DNA of 64,000 nt from a bacterium (GCA_963555815.3 CAUVWX020000002.1:448001-512000), one strand, 5' to 3'; positions 46,455 to 55,992 are shown, numbered from the stretch's first letter. Made by a program: numbers and translations. Notes: generated by a model from the sequence alone, not told the origin.

Positions 46455-47996
46455 TCAACGACTGGGCGAGGTTCGAGCGGGAGAGAAGCCCCGGTTCAGA
46501 TGGACCAGGGCGAGGGCCATCCGGTCCTGGATCACCTTGACCTTCCAGTGGGGACAGGAAGAACCGTTCATCAAGATCGAAAAGGCCAGGACCTCTCCCT
46601 CCCCGGTGACGGCATATCCCGAGAGGGTGTCCACCCCTTTCAGGGAACCCGTCTTCGCCCGGACCCGTCGCTCGCCCCGGGTGTCCTCAAGACGATCTCG
46701 GGCAGAGCCGTCCACGCCCATGACGGACAGGGAGGAAACGAACTCCGACCGATAGCGAAAATCGTTGTACATGTCCTGGAGAACCTTCACGAGCTGCCCT
46801 GGTGAAAGGCGGTTCTCTCTTAAAAGGCCCGAGCCGTCGGCCATCTGAAAGTTTTCGTCGGAGACGCCGAGACGCTTCAGGTAGCTCCCCACCACAGCCA
46901 CCCCTTTTTCCACTGTTCCCGGGGGGCCCTCCGCCTCGGCCCCGAGGACGTTGAGAATTTGCTGTGCCATGAAGTTGTTACTCCACTTGTTCATATCCCA
47001 AAGAATGGAGGCCAGGGACTTTGAGCGGTGCTGGAAGAGGAGTCCCGCTTCAGGGGGGACCGGGCCAAGGCGCACCTCCCCCTCAACGGAGATTCCTCCT
47101 CTTTGGAGAAACTCGACGAACGTATGGCCTAAATAGAGGGCGGGATTCGAGATGGAGACCCAGATCAGTTCTCTCGGGCTTCCAAAGGGGAGATTTCCTT
47201 CAACGATGATCCGGTCCGACCCCGAAAGCGTCTCTCTTAACACCCTAAGGGTCTTGCGCTTGCTCCCGCGCACTGTTTTTGCCCGGTTTAAAAGCTCAAA
47301 GTAAGGGGACGCGGGCTCCAGGACCACGCGAGGAGGTTGACCCGGAGAGGCCCCGGGCTCTGCATGGACTGCAACCGCGTTGAAGTTCAGGGAGGCCGCC
47401 CCGTAGGGGGCCAGATAGGCACGCGCCTTTGTCGGGGAAGGGGGAGGCGACGGGGGACTGGAAAAATAACTGTCGTCAATGACCAAATGCCCCCGAACTT
47501 TTCGCAACCCCAAGGTCCGAAGAGACATGACCAGCTTCAAAAGTTCCTCGGAGACCAAGCTCGGATCTCCAAACCCTTTCAGATAAAGATTGCCCTCAAG
47601 AGTTCCTTCCGAGAGAGAGGTGTCCGAGTGGAGGTCAGTCTTGAAGACATAATCCGACTTGAGAAAGCGAAGGGCTGCAGCCGAGACGAAAAGCTTGATG
47701 TTTGAGGCCGGGACGAAAAGTTCTTCCCCTCGGCGATCGTAGAGAACCTCTTCATTATCAAGGGATAAGACGTGGACCCCCACCCTCGCGTCCGCAAGGC
47801 AGGAATCTTGAAGAAGGCCGCCCAGCTTCGCTTGAAGAGGCGAAGAGGGCTTGGGGGGAGGCTCTTGCGCCAGAAGATGAGGGCTCATCCAAAGAAAGGC
47901 GGCCATAAAAAAGAGCCCGGCAGCCCACCCGCGCCGCCGGAGGCCCCCCTCAGGGCGTCTCCTCACAAATCCTTCTGCCAGCGGGCTAAGGCCCAT
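46455..47996 (-). CDS. dacB: D-Ala-D-Ala carboxypeptidase/endopeptidase (PBP4, S13)
   Basis: PASNIK (SxxK), G.GDP, SNN, DGSGL, AKTGSL. Confidence 0.93.
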   Translation of the reverse strand: MGLSPLAEGFVRRRPEGGLRRRGWAAGLFFMAAFLWMSPHLLAQEPPPKPSSPLQAKLGGLLQDSCLADARVGVHVLSLDNEEVLYDRRGEELFVPASNIKLFVSAAALRFLKSDYVFKTDLHSDTSLSEGTLEGNLYLKGFGDPSLVSEELLKLVMSLRTLGLRKVRGHLVIDDSYFSSPPSPPPSPTKARAYLAPYGAASLNFNAVAVHAEPGASPGQPPRVVLEPASPYFELLNRAKTVRGSKRKTLRVLRETLSGSDRIIVEGNLPFGSPRELIWVSISNPALYLGHTFVEFLQRGGISVEGEVRLGPVPPEAGLLFQHRSKSLASILWDMNKWSNNFMAQQILNVLGAEAEGPPGTVEKGVAVVGSYLKRLGVSDENFQMADGSGLLRENRLSPGQLVKVLQDMYNDFRYRSEFVSSLSVMGVDGSARDRLEDTRGERRVRAKTGSLKGVDTLSGYAVTGEGEVLAFSILMNGSSCPHWKVKVIQDRMALALVHLNRGFSPARTSPSR

Positions 47997-48582
47997 CCCA
48001 CTTCTCCGAGACTACCAGGCCCAAAAGTCCCGCCAGCCAGTTAAAACCCACATCCCTGGGATCTCCGAAGCGATTGGGAAGGAGATATTGAATGAGCTCG
48101 TCAAGAAGCCCGACCGAGAAGACCAGCGTAAGGGCCCGGATCCGAAGGGCCCGCCTATCCTTCGAACCGGGGTGTTTCTCCCCTTCATTGAACGCGTGGC
48201 CCCGGGCCTGAAAATAACGAAGGCTGAAATGGGAGAGAAATCCATACTCGGCAAAGTGGACCTTCTCGACGGGGTTCTCAAGGATCCAGAGAAACCATCC
48301 ATAGATCCCAGCGGAGGCGAGCAGAAGAGGGCTTGCCTTCCAGGAAAGAGAGCGCCGGAGGAACCCGAGGCCGATGGCGAGGCCCAGGAGGACAAGAAAG
48401 GCCGTCAGAGACCTCTCAGCCGTCGCGCCAAATTGATCCCGAAGGGGAATCCAAAGGAGTGAGAGGACAGGAAGGGTCACCAGGATAGCGGCCACATAAG
48501 CCCCAAGGACCCATGCCGATCCCGTCGTCCACTTCCCCCTCAGCGTGTAGGTGAGTTCACCCGAAGGCCTCTCCTCTTTCAT
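47986..48582 (-). CDS. VanZ-like membrane protein
   Basis: EKVHFAEYG.L, DELIQY.LP.R.GD.RDV.FN motifs. Confidence 0.8.
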   Translation of the reverse strand: MKEERPSGELTYTLRGKWTTGSAWVLGAYVAAILVTLPVLSLLWIPLRDQFGATAERSLTAFLVLLGLAIGLGFLRRSLSWKASPLLLASAGIYGWFLWILENPVEKVHFAEYGFLSHFSLRYFQARGHAFNEGEKHPGSKDRRALRIRALTLVFSVGLLDELIQYLLPNRFGDPRDVGFNWLAGLLGLVVSEKWDGP

Positions 48583-48689
48583 CCCCTGCTCATCTCTTCG
48601 ATCCAAGCCTCCGAGCACTTGGCGAGATTATACAAGAAAGGAAGGAAACTGCCCCACGAAAAGTGGTGAGGGGGTGAGGGACAGGAGGG

Positions 48690-49712
48690 TCAGCCCGATC
48701 TTCTTGGGACAGGGGGAATTTCGTCGAAGGCCCCAAGGCCGGTGGCGGTTCTGAGGCCTGGGGGTTCTGAAAGGATGTCTTGAACCGCCCGAAGGAGGAT
48801 GGCAATCGTCGCCTCATCACCCCGGATTCCTCCAGGGATCTGCATGCGAACCGAAGGGGCTCCCTCCACCACAATGGCGTCGTGAGGGTCTAGGGCACCG
48901 ATGCGCATCTGAAGGAGGAGGTCAATCACCACCTCCCCGGACAAAAATCCCTTCCCCCTCTGCTCGACCCCTGCCACTTCTCCCCTGCCGACCTCCAGGG
49001 ACCCGGTCGAAAGATCACGCTCGGCCAGAATGGCCTTCTTCTCCTCTTCTACCACATCAAGCTTCCAGCCAAGCCCGTGGGCGATGAGGGCCACAGACTC
49101 CCTGAGGCCCACGTGTCCGAACCGGGGGGAGGCCAGCTCTTTCTGAAAATCCTTCGATGACACACCCATCTTCCTTTGAAGGGGCTCCCGTCGGCTGGCC
49201 AAATCCGCCACCCGCTCCGCCTGGATATTTCCGATCTCCAGGCAATTTCGAGCGAGATCCAGGACGAGGCGGTCCATCACAAAACCTGGGTTGACCCCGG
49301 TCCCCATGACGGCCACCCCTCGCTCTTTCGCCAGCTCGTCCAGCCTTCGGGCCTCATCGGGATGTTGTAGGGGAAGGAAGGAGAGCTCTTCGGCCGATGA
49401 GACGATCCGGCACCCCGCCTCGACGGCCGCCAAGACCTGAGGGCGAACCTCTTCGTAGAAGGAGGAGGTTGTGTGAAGGACGACCTCGGGCCTCACCTTC
49501 GACAGGGTCCCCTCAGGGTCGTCCGAAACCGGGATGCCCAGGGATGATTTCAGACCAAGGACCTGCCCGGCGTCCTGGCCGGCCTTCGCAGGGTCTATAT
49601 CGACCGCCCCTGTCCACTCGATCCAGGGGGACTCCAGGGCACGAAGGGCGAGGGCCCTTCCGATGGCCCCCAGGCCGTAGCTGAGACAGCGAATTTTCCT
49701 ATGTGGAGACAA
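48690..49712 (-). CDS. NAD(P)-dependent amine dehydrogenase family protein (Ord / 2,4-diaminopentanoate dehydrogenase-like)
   Basis: YGLGAIG, K.G.D.G, H.TSS, S.EEL..P, GTGVNPGF.MD, HVGL.ES, GD.AT. Confidence 0.8.
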   Translation of the reverse strand: MSPHRKIRCLSYGLGAIGRALALRALESPWIEWTGAVDIDPAKAGQDAGQVLGLKSSLGIPVSDDPEGTLSKVRPEVVLHTTSSFYEEVRPQVLAAVEAGCRIVSSAEELSFLPLQHPDEARRLDELAKERGVAVMGTGVNPGFVMDRLVLDLARNCLEIGNIQAERVADLASRREPLQRKMGVSSKDFQKELASPRFGHVGLRESVALIAHGLGWKLDVVEEEKKAILAERDLSTGSLEVGRGEVAGVEQRGKGFLSGEVVIDLLLQMRIGALDPHDAIVVEGAPSVRMQIPGGIRGDEATIAILLRAVQDILSEPPGLRTATGLGAFDEIPPVPRRSG

Positions 49713-49799
49713 AAAGGGCCTCCGCTCGTGACGAAAGAGCGTCCCTCTGAAATCCTTCCCCGAGGGTCGGCGAGAAGTTTTCGGGGGGCGAGGTTTCCG

Positions 49800-50321
49800 T
49801 TAAAGCCAGCGAAGGGTGTTCACGATGAGGCTTTCACTTGGGCGATCGGAGAAATCTTTCCCGATATGTTGAAAGCGAATGACCCCTTCCGCGTCGATGA
49901 TGAAGGTGGCGGGGCGGGAGATACCCTCTTGAGGGTGGAGAACCCCGAAGCGCCTGATGATCTCTCGATTCGAATCCGGCAGCACGGTATAGGTGAGCTG
50001 AAGCGCCTCAATAGTCATCTCGGCGGTCTCGGCATCGTCCGCGCTGAGGGCCACAAGAGAAGCCCCCAACCCTTTTATCTCCTCCAAGTGCTTCTCCAGC
50101 TCGACCAGCTGGTTTCTGCAAACACTTCAGAAGAGCCCCCGGTAAAAGACGAGGACGACGGGCCCCTTTTTAATGGCCTCCTCGAGCTTGAAATTAGCCA
50201 CCTCAAAGGCCGGCGCCCTGTCTCCCTCAGGGACTGGGTCAAACGGCCCCGCCCAAAGGGGCGACGCCAGGAAGAGCAACAGGAGAAATGGAAGGAAAAG
50301 ATACGAACGAACCACCTTCAT
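49800..50321 (-). CDS. Exported peroxiredoxin-like (AhpC/TSA) selenoprotein, Sec65 in UxxC
   Basis: AGGAGG RBS; signal peptide; VVLVFYRGLF-TGA-SVC continues in frame into ..ALSAD..PATFIID..G.IRF...DRP; SECIS-like hairpin follows the TGA; 173 aa. Confidence 0.9.
50086..50127 (-). promoter_or_regulatory. Bacterial SECIS element
   Basis: UG[AAGUGUUU]GCAGAAA[CCAGCU]GGUCG[AGCUGG]AG[AAGCACUU]: 8-bp lower stem, 6-bp upper stem, G-led apical loop 20 nt after the UGA. Confidence 0.8.
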
Positions 50322-50365
50322 GGTCTTCCCTCCTGCGGTGACAGTATGGCTCTCAAGACTTTCTA

Positions 50366-50394
50366 AATTTACCATAGACGGGGCCCGTTGACAA
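50366..50394 (-). promoter_or_regulatory. Putative sigma70 promoter for the selenoprotein gene
   Basis: TTGTCA-17 nt-TAAATT with extended -10 TGn. Confidence 0.6.
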
Positions 50395-50435
50395 GCGAAG
50401 CCGCCCGAAAAAGTCGATTCAGCGAAGCCCTTTTG

Positions 50436-50464
50436 TTGACCTGGCGATCGGCTGGTGTTAAGAT
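50436..50464 (+). promoter_or_regulatory. Putative sigma70 promoter for the peptide ABC cluster
   Basis: TTGACC-17 nt-TAAGAT with extended -10 TGn. Confidence 0.6.
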
Positions 50465-50507
50465 TTTTTGGATGGGTGACTCTCCCTGCTTTCGCTCTTT
50501 TTTCTCT

Positions 50508-52124
50508 ATGCGACAACGCGCCCTTTATTTCCTGCTCTTCGTCATCGTGCTGGTCCCCACTGCCTGCGGACAAGGGGACCAAAACGGTCTCAAGATTTTG
50601 ACCGTTGGTCTCGAGGCCAACCCCACCCATCTGGACCCCCGTTTTTCTCTAGACGTGGCTTCGGCCCGGGTGACCCAGCTCGTTTTCAACGGCCTCCTTC
50701 GAAAGGACCGCCGCTCCCAGATCGTGCCAGACCTCGCCCTCCGGTGGGAGCATCCGGAACCAACCATTTATGTCTTCCATCTCCGGCAGGATGTTCAGTT
50801 CCACAATGGGCAGCCCTTCACCTCGGCCGACGTGGCCTACACCTTCCGCTCTATCCTGGACTCGACCCTGGGCTCTCCCAAGCTGGGGAGCTACCAAGTC
50901 ATCCAGGAGATCGAGACCCCGGACCCCCAGACCGTTGTCTTTCACCTGAAGGAGCCCTTCGCCCCTTTCCTGGCCCAGATGGTGGCCCCCATTGTGCCCC
51001 ATCAGGCGGGGAAGGAAATCGCTCACTTCAGGGAACACCCCATCGGGACCGGACCCTTTCAATTTGAGGATTTTAGGTCTGACGAACGGGTCGAGCTCTC
51101 CGCCTATGCGGAATATCACGAGGGAAGGCCGAAACTGGACCGGGTGGTCTACCGAATCATCCCGGACGGGACGGTGAGGCGTCTCGAGCTTGAACGGGGC
51201 GGGCTGGACCTGGTGGTAAACGCCCTCTTGCCTGAGAGTCTGAAAAGGCTCGCGACCCGGCCCCACCTCAAAATTGAGCGCGCCCCCGGGACAAATTTCA
51301 CCTATCTTGGCTTCAACCTGCAGGACCCCATCTTGAGCCGTCCAAAAGTCCGCCTCGCCTTTGCCCACGCCATCGACCGGGCGGCCATCATCCAACACGT
51401 CCTAAAGGGACTCGCCCGGCCCGCTCGAAGCCTCCTGGCGGAGACTCACTGGGCCCATGCTGGGGACGTCGCCACATACCCCTACGACCCGGACCGGGCC
51501 CGTCAGCTCCTGGATGAGGCCGGTCTGCAGGACCCTGACGGACCGGGGCCTGAGCCCCGCTTTCGCCTGGTCTTCAAGACCTCTCAGAACGAGGTCCGCC
51601 GCCAAGTGGCCGAGGTGATTCAGGCCCAGCTCCAGCAGCTTGGGGTCGAGGTCCAGATCCGTAGCTTCGAGTGGGGGACCTTCTTCTCGGACATCCGGAG
51701 TGGAAATTTCCAGATCTTCGCCCTCACCTGGGTCGGTGTCCTGGACCCAGACATCTACCACTACATCTTCCACTCCTCGAGCGTCCCCCCTTCGGGGGCC
51801 AACCGGGGGCGTTATCTAAACCCAGAGATGGACCGCCTCTTGGAGGAGGGCCGCCGGCTCCTCGACCTTCAGGCAAGGAAAGGGATCTATGACCAGGTCC
51901 AACAGATCCTGGCCCAGGACCTTCCCTACCTGTCTCTGTGGCATTCGACCCACGTGGCCGTCATGCGAAAGGAAGTCCAAGGGTTTGAACTTTATCCCGA
52001 CGAGTCCATGCGCACCCTAAAGGATGTAGACCTCTTGCCTGGGCCCACCACTTCTTCTTCTCCCATCGACCCTTTGGCGAACCCCCTCTGCCAGGGGTGC
52101 GAGCCTCTGTCCAGGCCCTCATAA
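50508..52124 (+). CDS. Peptide/nickel ABC transporter substrate-binding lipoprotein (family 5)
   Basis: Lipobox-like PTAC, LDP, PDLA..W, F.LR..V.FH.G..FT..DV..T, PIGTGPF, YDP..A..LL; start set at ATG 50508. Confidence 0.92.
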   Translation: MRQRALYFLLFVIVLVPTACGQGDQNGLKILTVGLEANPTHLDPRFSLDVASARVTQLVFNGLLRKDRRSQIVPDLALRWEHPEPTIYVFHLRQDVQFHNGQPFTSADVAYTFRSILDSTLGSPKLGSYQVIQEIETPDPQTVVFHLKEPFAPFLAQMVAPIVPHQAGKEIAHFREHPIGTGPFQFEDFRSDERVELSAYAEYHEGRPKLDRVVYRIIPDGTVRRLELERGGLDLVVNALLPESLKRLATRPHLKIERAPGTNFTYLGFNLQDPILSRPKVRLAFAHAIDRAAIIQHVLKGLARPARSLLAETHWAHAGDVATYPYDPDRARQLLDEAGLQDPDGPGPEPRFRLVFKTSQNEVRRQVAEVIQAQLQQLGVEVQIRSFEWGTFFSDIRSGNFQIFALTWVGVLDPDIYHYIFHSSSVPPSGANRGRYLNPEMDRLLEEGRRLLDLQARKGIYDQVQQILAQDLPYLSLWHSTHVAVMRKEVQGFELYPDESMRTLKDVDLLPGPTTSSSPIDPLANPLCQGCEPLSRPS

Positions 52125-52127
52125 GAA

Positions 52128-53048
52128 ATGCGGCGCTTTCTTCTCCGCCGCCTAGGGCTTCTCGTCCTAGTCGTCCTCGGTATCGTCACCATCGTCTTTT
52201 TGATCATCCATCTCATCCCAGGGGACCCCATAGAGGTGATGCTGGGGGAGACAGCTCTCCCCGCCGACCGAGAGGCCCTTCGCCACGCCCTCGGGTTGGA
52301 TCGTCCAGTCCTTGAGCAGTACGGACGATATCTCTCTGGGCTCCTTCAAGGAGACTTGGGAAACAGCATTCACACCCGGCGCCCGGTGGCAGCCCTTCTG
52401 GCTGAGCGGATCCCCGCAACCCTGGAACTCACCTTTGCGAGCCTCCTCATCGCCCTCGTCATCGCCATCCCGGCGGGGGTCCTCGCAGCCGCCAGGGCCC
52501 GTTCCTGGTTCGACCGCAGCTCTATGCTGGGGGCCCTCCTGGGGGTTTCGATCCCCAACTTCTGGCTGGGCCCCATGCTAATTGTCCTCTTCTCTCTGCA
52601 GCTCGGCTGGCTGCCCGCCTCAGGACGGAGTGGGATCTCCCATCTCATCCTACCCGCCGTCACCCTGGGGACTGCCCTGGCCGCCATCTTGACCCGGATG
52701 ACCCGGGCGAGCCTCCTCGAGGTCCTCCCTAAGGATTTCGTGCAGACGGCGCGGGCGAAAGGGCTGAGAGAGGTCTGGGTCCTCATGCGCCACGCCCTTC
52801 GAAACGCACTCATCCCCATCATCACGCTAACGGGCCTCCAGTGCGGGGCCCTGCTCTCTGGGGCCATCATCACCGAGACCATCTTCGCCTGGCCTGGGGT
52901 CGGACGTCTCATCCTGCAGGCCATCGCCACCCGGGACTACCCCCTGGTCCAGGGGTGCGTCCTCGTCTTCGCCCTGGGCTATGTGGGAGTCAACCTGGTG
53001 GCGGACCTCCTCTATGCCTGGTCGGACCCCCGGGTCCGTTACAACTGA
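52128..53048 (+). CDS. Peptide ABC transporter permease (DppB/OppB-like)
   Basis: PGDP, GLDRP...QY, GDLG.S, TARAKGL, HALRNA, RDYP.VQG. Confidence 0.93.
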   Translation: MRRFLLRRLGLLVLVVLGIVTIVFLIIHLIPGDPIEVMLGETALPADREALRHALGLDRPVLEQYGRYLSGLLQGDLGNSIHTRRPVAALLAERIPATLELTFASLLIALVIAIPAGVLAAARARSWFDRSSMLGALLGVSIPNFWLGPMLIVLFSLQLGWLPASGRSGISHLILPAVTLGTALAAILTRMTRASLLEVLPKDFVQTARAKGLREVWVLMRHALRNALIPIITLTGLQCGALLSGAIITETIFAWPGVGRLILQAIATRDYPLVQGCVLVFALGYVGVNLVADLLYAWSDPRVRYN

Positions 53049-53051
53049 GCG

Positions 53052-53861
53052 ATGCAACGACCCACTATTCTTGCTGGCCTCATCATCGTAGTCGCCCTCG
53101 TTCTGGCGGCGGCCCTGGCCCCGGCACTCGCCCCCCAGCACCCTTTTCAGCAGGACCTGCCAGGAGGCCTCGGCCGACCCGGATTGACCCATTTGCTCGG
53201 GCAGGACCACCTCGGCCGAGACATCCTGAGCCGGCTCATCCACGGAAGCCGTATCTCCCTCATGATCGGCCTCATCACGGTGGGAGTGTCGAGCATCGTG
53301 GGTATCTTCTTGGGGGCCTTGGCGGGGTACTTCGGAGGGTGGACGGACGAGGTCATCATGCGTTTGACAGACATCTTGCTGGCCTTTCCCGGGCTCCTTC
53401 TGGCGATCGCCCTCATGGCGGTGAGAGGTCCTGGAATTCTCAACGTCATTATCGCCTTAAGCGTCCTGGGGTGGGTGGGGTATGCGAGACTCGTCCGGGG
53501 ACAGATCCTGGCCCTAAAGCAGGCGGAGTTTGTCACGGCGGCCCGGGCCCTCGGGGCCCCCTCCCGGCGCATCATCAGCCGCCACCTTCTGCCGAATATC
53601 CTCTCACCACTTCTTGTGGAGGCCACCTTCGGAATGGCCGCGGCCATCCTGGCGGAGGCGGGCCTGAGCTTCCTCGGCCTGGGCACCCAGCCCCCAAACC
53701 CAAGCTGGGGGACCATGTTGAACGAGGGGCGCCGCTTTCTCCTCGAGGCCCCCCACCTCAGCCTCTTCCCCGGCCTCGCCATCATGGCCGTGGTCCTGGC
53801 CTTCAACTTCCTGGGAGACGGACTGAGGGACGCCCTTGACCCGACTCTGCGATCCCGCTAG
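53052..53861 (+). CDS. Peptide ABC transporter permease (DppC/OppC-like)
   Basis: HLLG.D.LGRD..SR..HG.R.SL, AARALGA, HLLPN, LSFLGLG, GDGLRDALDP. Confidence 0.93.
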   Translation: MQRPTILAGLIIVVALVLAAALAPALAPQHPFQQDLPGGLGRPGLTHLLGQDHLGRDILSRLIHGSRISLMIGLITVGVSSIVGIFLGALAGYFGGWTDEVIMRLTDILLAFPGLLLAIALMAVRGPGILNVIIALSVLGWVGYARLVRGQILALKQAEFVTAARALGAPSRRIISRHLLPNILSPLLVEATFGMAAAILAEAGLSFLGLGTQPPNPSWGTMLNEGRRFLLEAPHLSLFPGLAIMAVVLAFNFLGDGLRDALDPTLRSR

Positions 53862-53936
53862 GGAAAACCGGCCGCTGTCTTTGGCAGAAGCTCTACGGGG
53901 AGTGAAAAAAGGCGCTCGAGGGCGGCGTTCAGGCTC

Positions 53937-54305
53937 TCAGCTGCTCGAGCCGTCCGGGGGATGGAGGGTGATCCGGTGCTCTGGGTCGAAGAAATTGAAG
54001 TTAACGCTGTGACAAACCCGGCACTCTCGGGCCTCGCGAAACTCTCGGACCTCGTACTGGGGGGCTACCTCTGCGACGTGACGATCGGCTATAAAATCCC
54101 GATGGACATGGCAGGACTGGCAATAGTTGTTGATGATCCGGTTATTTTGCGTGGGGGGAAACTTTCCCTTCAGGGCCGCCTTGAGGGGATCGCGAGTACA
54201 AGCGGCCAAAGACAAAAATAGGACACAAAGACCGAGAAAGAAAATCCCCCCGCCGCTTGAATGTCTTTTTCCTCTTTTCGCCGGAAGGTTTTGGGCCATG
54301 GGCAC
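53937..54305 (-). CDS. Small di-haem c-type cytochrome lipoprotein
   Basis: Lipobox LAAC; two CxxCH motifs (CQSCH, CRVCH); starts 3 nt after the purF stop. Confidence 0.75.
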   Translation of the reverse strand: MPMAQNLPAKRGKRHSSGGGIFFLGLCVLFLSLAACTRDPLKAALKGKFPPTQNNRIINNYCQSCHVHRDFIADRHVAEVAPQYEVREFREARECRVCHSVNFNFFDPEHRITLHPPDGSSS

Positions 54306-54308
54306 CCC

Positions 54309-55751
54309 TCAGCGGGATGGAGGTTCCCCGGCGGACGCCGCCGCGGAGTCCTTCAGTGAGGAAAGGTCCTCCTGCGGGGGCACAGGCACCGGATAGTCCC
54401 CGGTGAAGCAGGCAGCACAGAAATGGCCCTCGGGCTTCGTGAGGCCGGGCCCATCCACGGCCTCCAGCATCCCTTTCAGGCTGAGATAGGCCAGGCTATC
54501 GGCTTCGAGGAACTTTTCGATCTCCGCGACCGAGTGGTTGGAGGCGATGAGTTCTTCCCGCCGCGGTGTGTCTATTCCGTAGAAACAGGGGCCGGTGATG
54601 GGGGGGGAGCTGATGCGCATATGGACCTCTGTTGCACCAGCCTGACGGATCATGTGGACGATCTTTCTGGACGTTGTGGCCCGGACGATGGAATCATCCA
54701 CCACCACGACCCGCCGGCCCTCCAGGGACGCCCGCACGGCGTTCAGCTTTATCTTGACGCCGAAATGGCGGATGGCCTGCTCGGGCTCAATGAAGGTGCG
54801 ACCCACATAGTGGTTTCGGATGAGGCCCATCTCAAAGGGAAGACCTACCCCGTGGGCGTAGCCCATGGCGGCCGGGACCCCGGAGTCCGGGATTGGGATG
54901 ACGATGTCGGCCTCAGCAGGGCTCTCGGCGGCCAGGCGCTCGCCCAGACGCCTTCGGACCTGATAGACATTTCGGCCGAAGACAGTGCTGTCGGGCCGGG
55001 CGAAGTAGACGAACTCGAAGATGCAGGGGGCGGGGGAGCTCGATTCAAAGGGTCTAAAAGTTCGGATGCCGGCCCTATCGATGACGACCATCTCACCGGG
55101 CTCAATCTCCCGGACAAGCTCTCCGTCGATGAGGTCGAGGGCGCAGCTCTCCGACGCCAGGACGTAGGCCCCCTGTCGGCGGCCGAGGACAAGGGGACGA
55201 AAGCCGTGGGGATCGCGGACGCCGATGAGGGCACCTTCGGTCATGAGGAGGAGGGAGTAGGCCCCCTCCACCATCCCGAGGGCCTCCACCACCCGGTCCT
55301 CAAAAGCCTCTTGGCGCGAGCGGGCGATGAGATGGACAACAATCTCCGTGTCCATCATGGACCGGAAAATGGCCCCCTCGGACTCAAGCCAGTTTCTGAT
55401 CTCTTTCGCATTGACCAGGGTGCCGTTGTGGGCCAGGGCAAAGGTGCCCCGAGAGGTCCTCGCAAGGAGGGGCTGGGCATTGGCCAGGTCGCTTGAGCCC
55501 GAAGTGGAGTATCGGTTGTGGCCAATGGCGAGAGAACCGGAAAGGTGCTTAAGGCGCTCCTCGGTAAACACCTCGGCCACAAGCCCCATGCCCACTTCAG
55601 CCCGAAGGGTCTGGCCATCCGAAGAGACGATGCCCGCACTCTCCTGGCCCCGGTGTTGCAAGGCGTAAAGTCCAAGGTAGGTCAGATTGGCGGCTTCGGA
55701 ATCCCCGGAGATCCCGAAGACCCCGCAGGCCTCACGCAAACCTTCTGCCAC
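54309..55751 (-). CDS. purF: Amidophosphoribosyltransferase (propeptide and Fe-S type)
   Basis: [59 protein letters not shown]. Confidence 0.97.
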   Translation of the reverse strand: MAEGLREACGVFGISGDSEAANLTYLGLYALQHRGQESAGIVSSDGQTLRAEVGMGLVAEVFTEERLKHLSGSLAIGHNRYSTSGSSDLANAQPLLARTSRGTFALAHNGTLVNAKEIRNWLESEGAIFRSMMDTEIVVHLIARSRQEAFEDRVVEALGMVEGAYSLLLMTEGALIGVRDPHGFRPLVLGRRQGAYVLASESCALDLIDGELVREIEPGEMVVIDRAGIRTFRPFESSSPAPCIFEFVYFARPDSTVFGRNVYQVRRRLGERLAAESPAEADIVIPIPDSGVPAAMGYAHGVGLPFEMGLIRNHYVGRTFIEPEQAIRHFGVKIKLNAVRASLEGRRVVVVDDSIVRATTSRKIVHMIRQAGATEVHMRISSPPITGPCFYGIDTPRREELIASNHSVAEIEKFLEADSLAYLSLKGMLEAVDGPGLTKPEGHFCAACFTGDYPVPVPPQEDLSSLKDSAAASAGEPPSR

Positions 55752-55923
55752 GAGACCTCCATCCCTGCAAGCATCGCCCCCCGTGACGGCCGGGGCGCTT
55801 TCGGCAATTCCTCAAATGGCCAACCCTTAAGGCCGGTCAGAATCCTGGGGCGCGTCGTCGACGGCCGCGACAGAAATGAGACTCCCTCTCATGAGTCTGA
55901 AGGAAGGCAGCCTCACACTTTTC

Positions 55924-55951
55924 AGTATATGAAGCCCCTCTCCCAAGTCAA
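55924..55951 (-). promoter_or_regulatory. Putative sigma70 promoter for purF
   Basis: TTGACT-16 nt-TATACT in the purL-purF gap. Confidence 0.6.
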
Positions 55952-55992
55952 GGACACAGAGGGAGAAACCGCGGCGAGAAGTCGCCATCTGA

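Noticed and set aside
55770..55920. Assignment of the purF leader to the ykkC/PRPP or ZTP riboswitch class
   Set aside because: Key conserved segments (CCGAGCG and CACC for ykkC; GACUGGCG and CGCCUGGG for ZTP) are missing, so it is kept only as an unclassified candidate.
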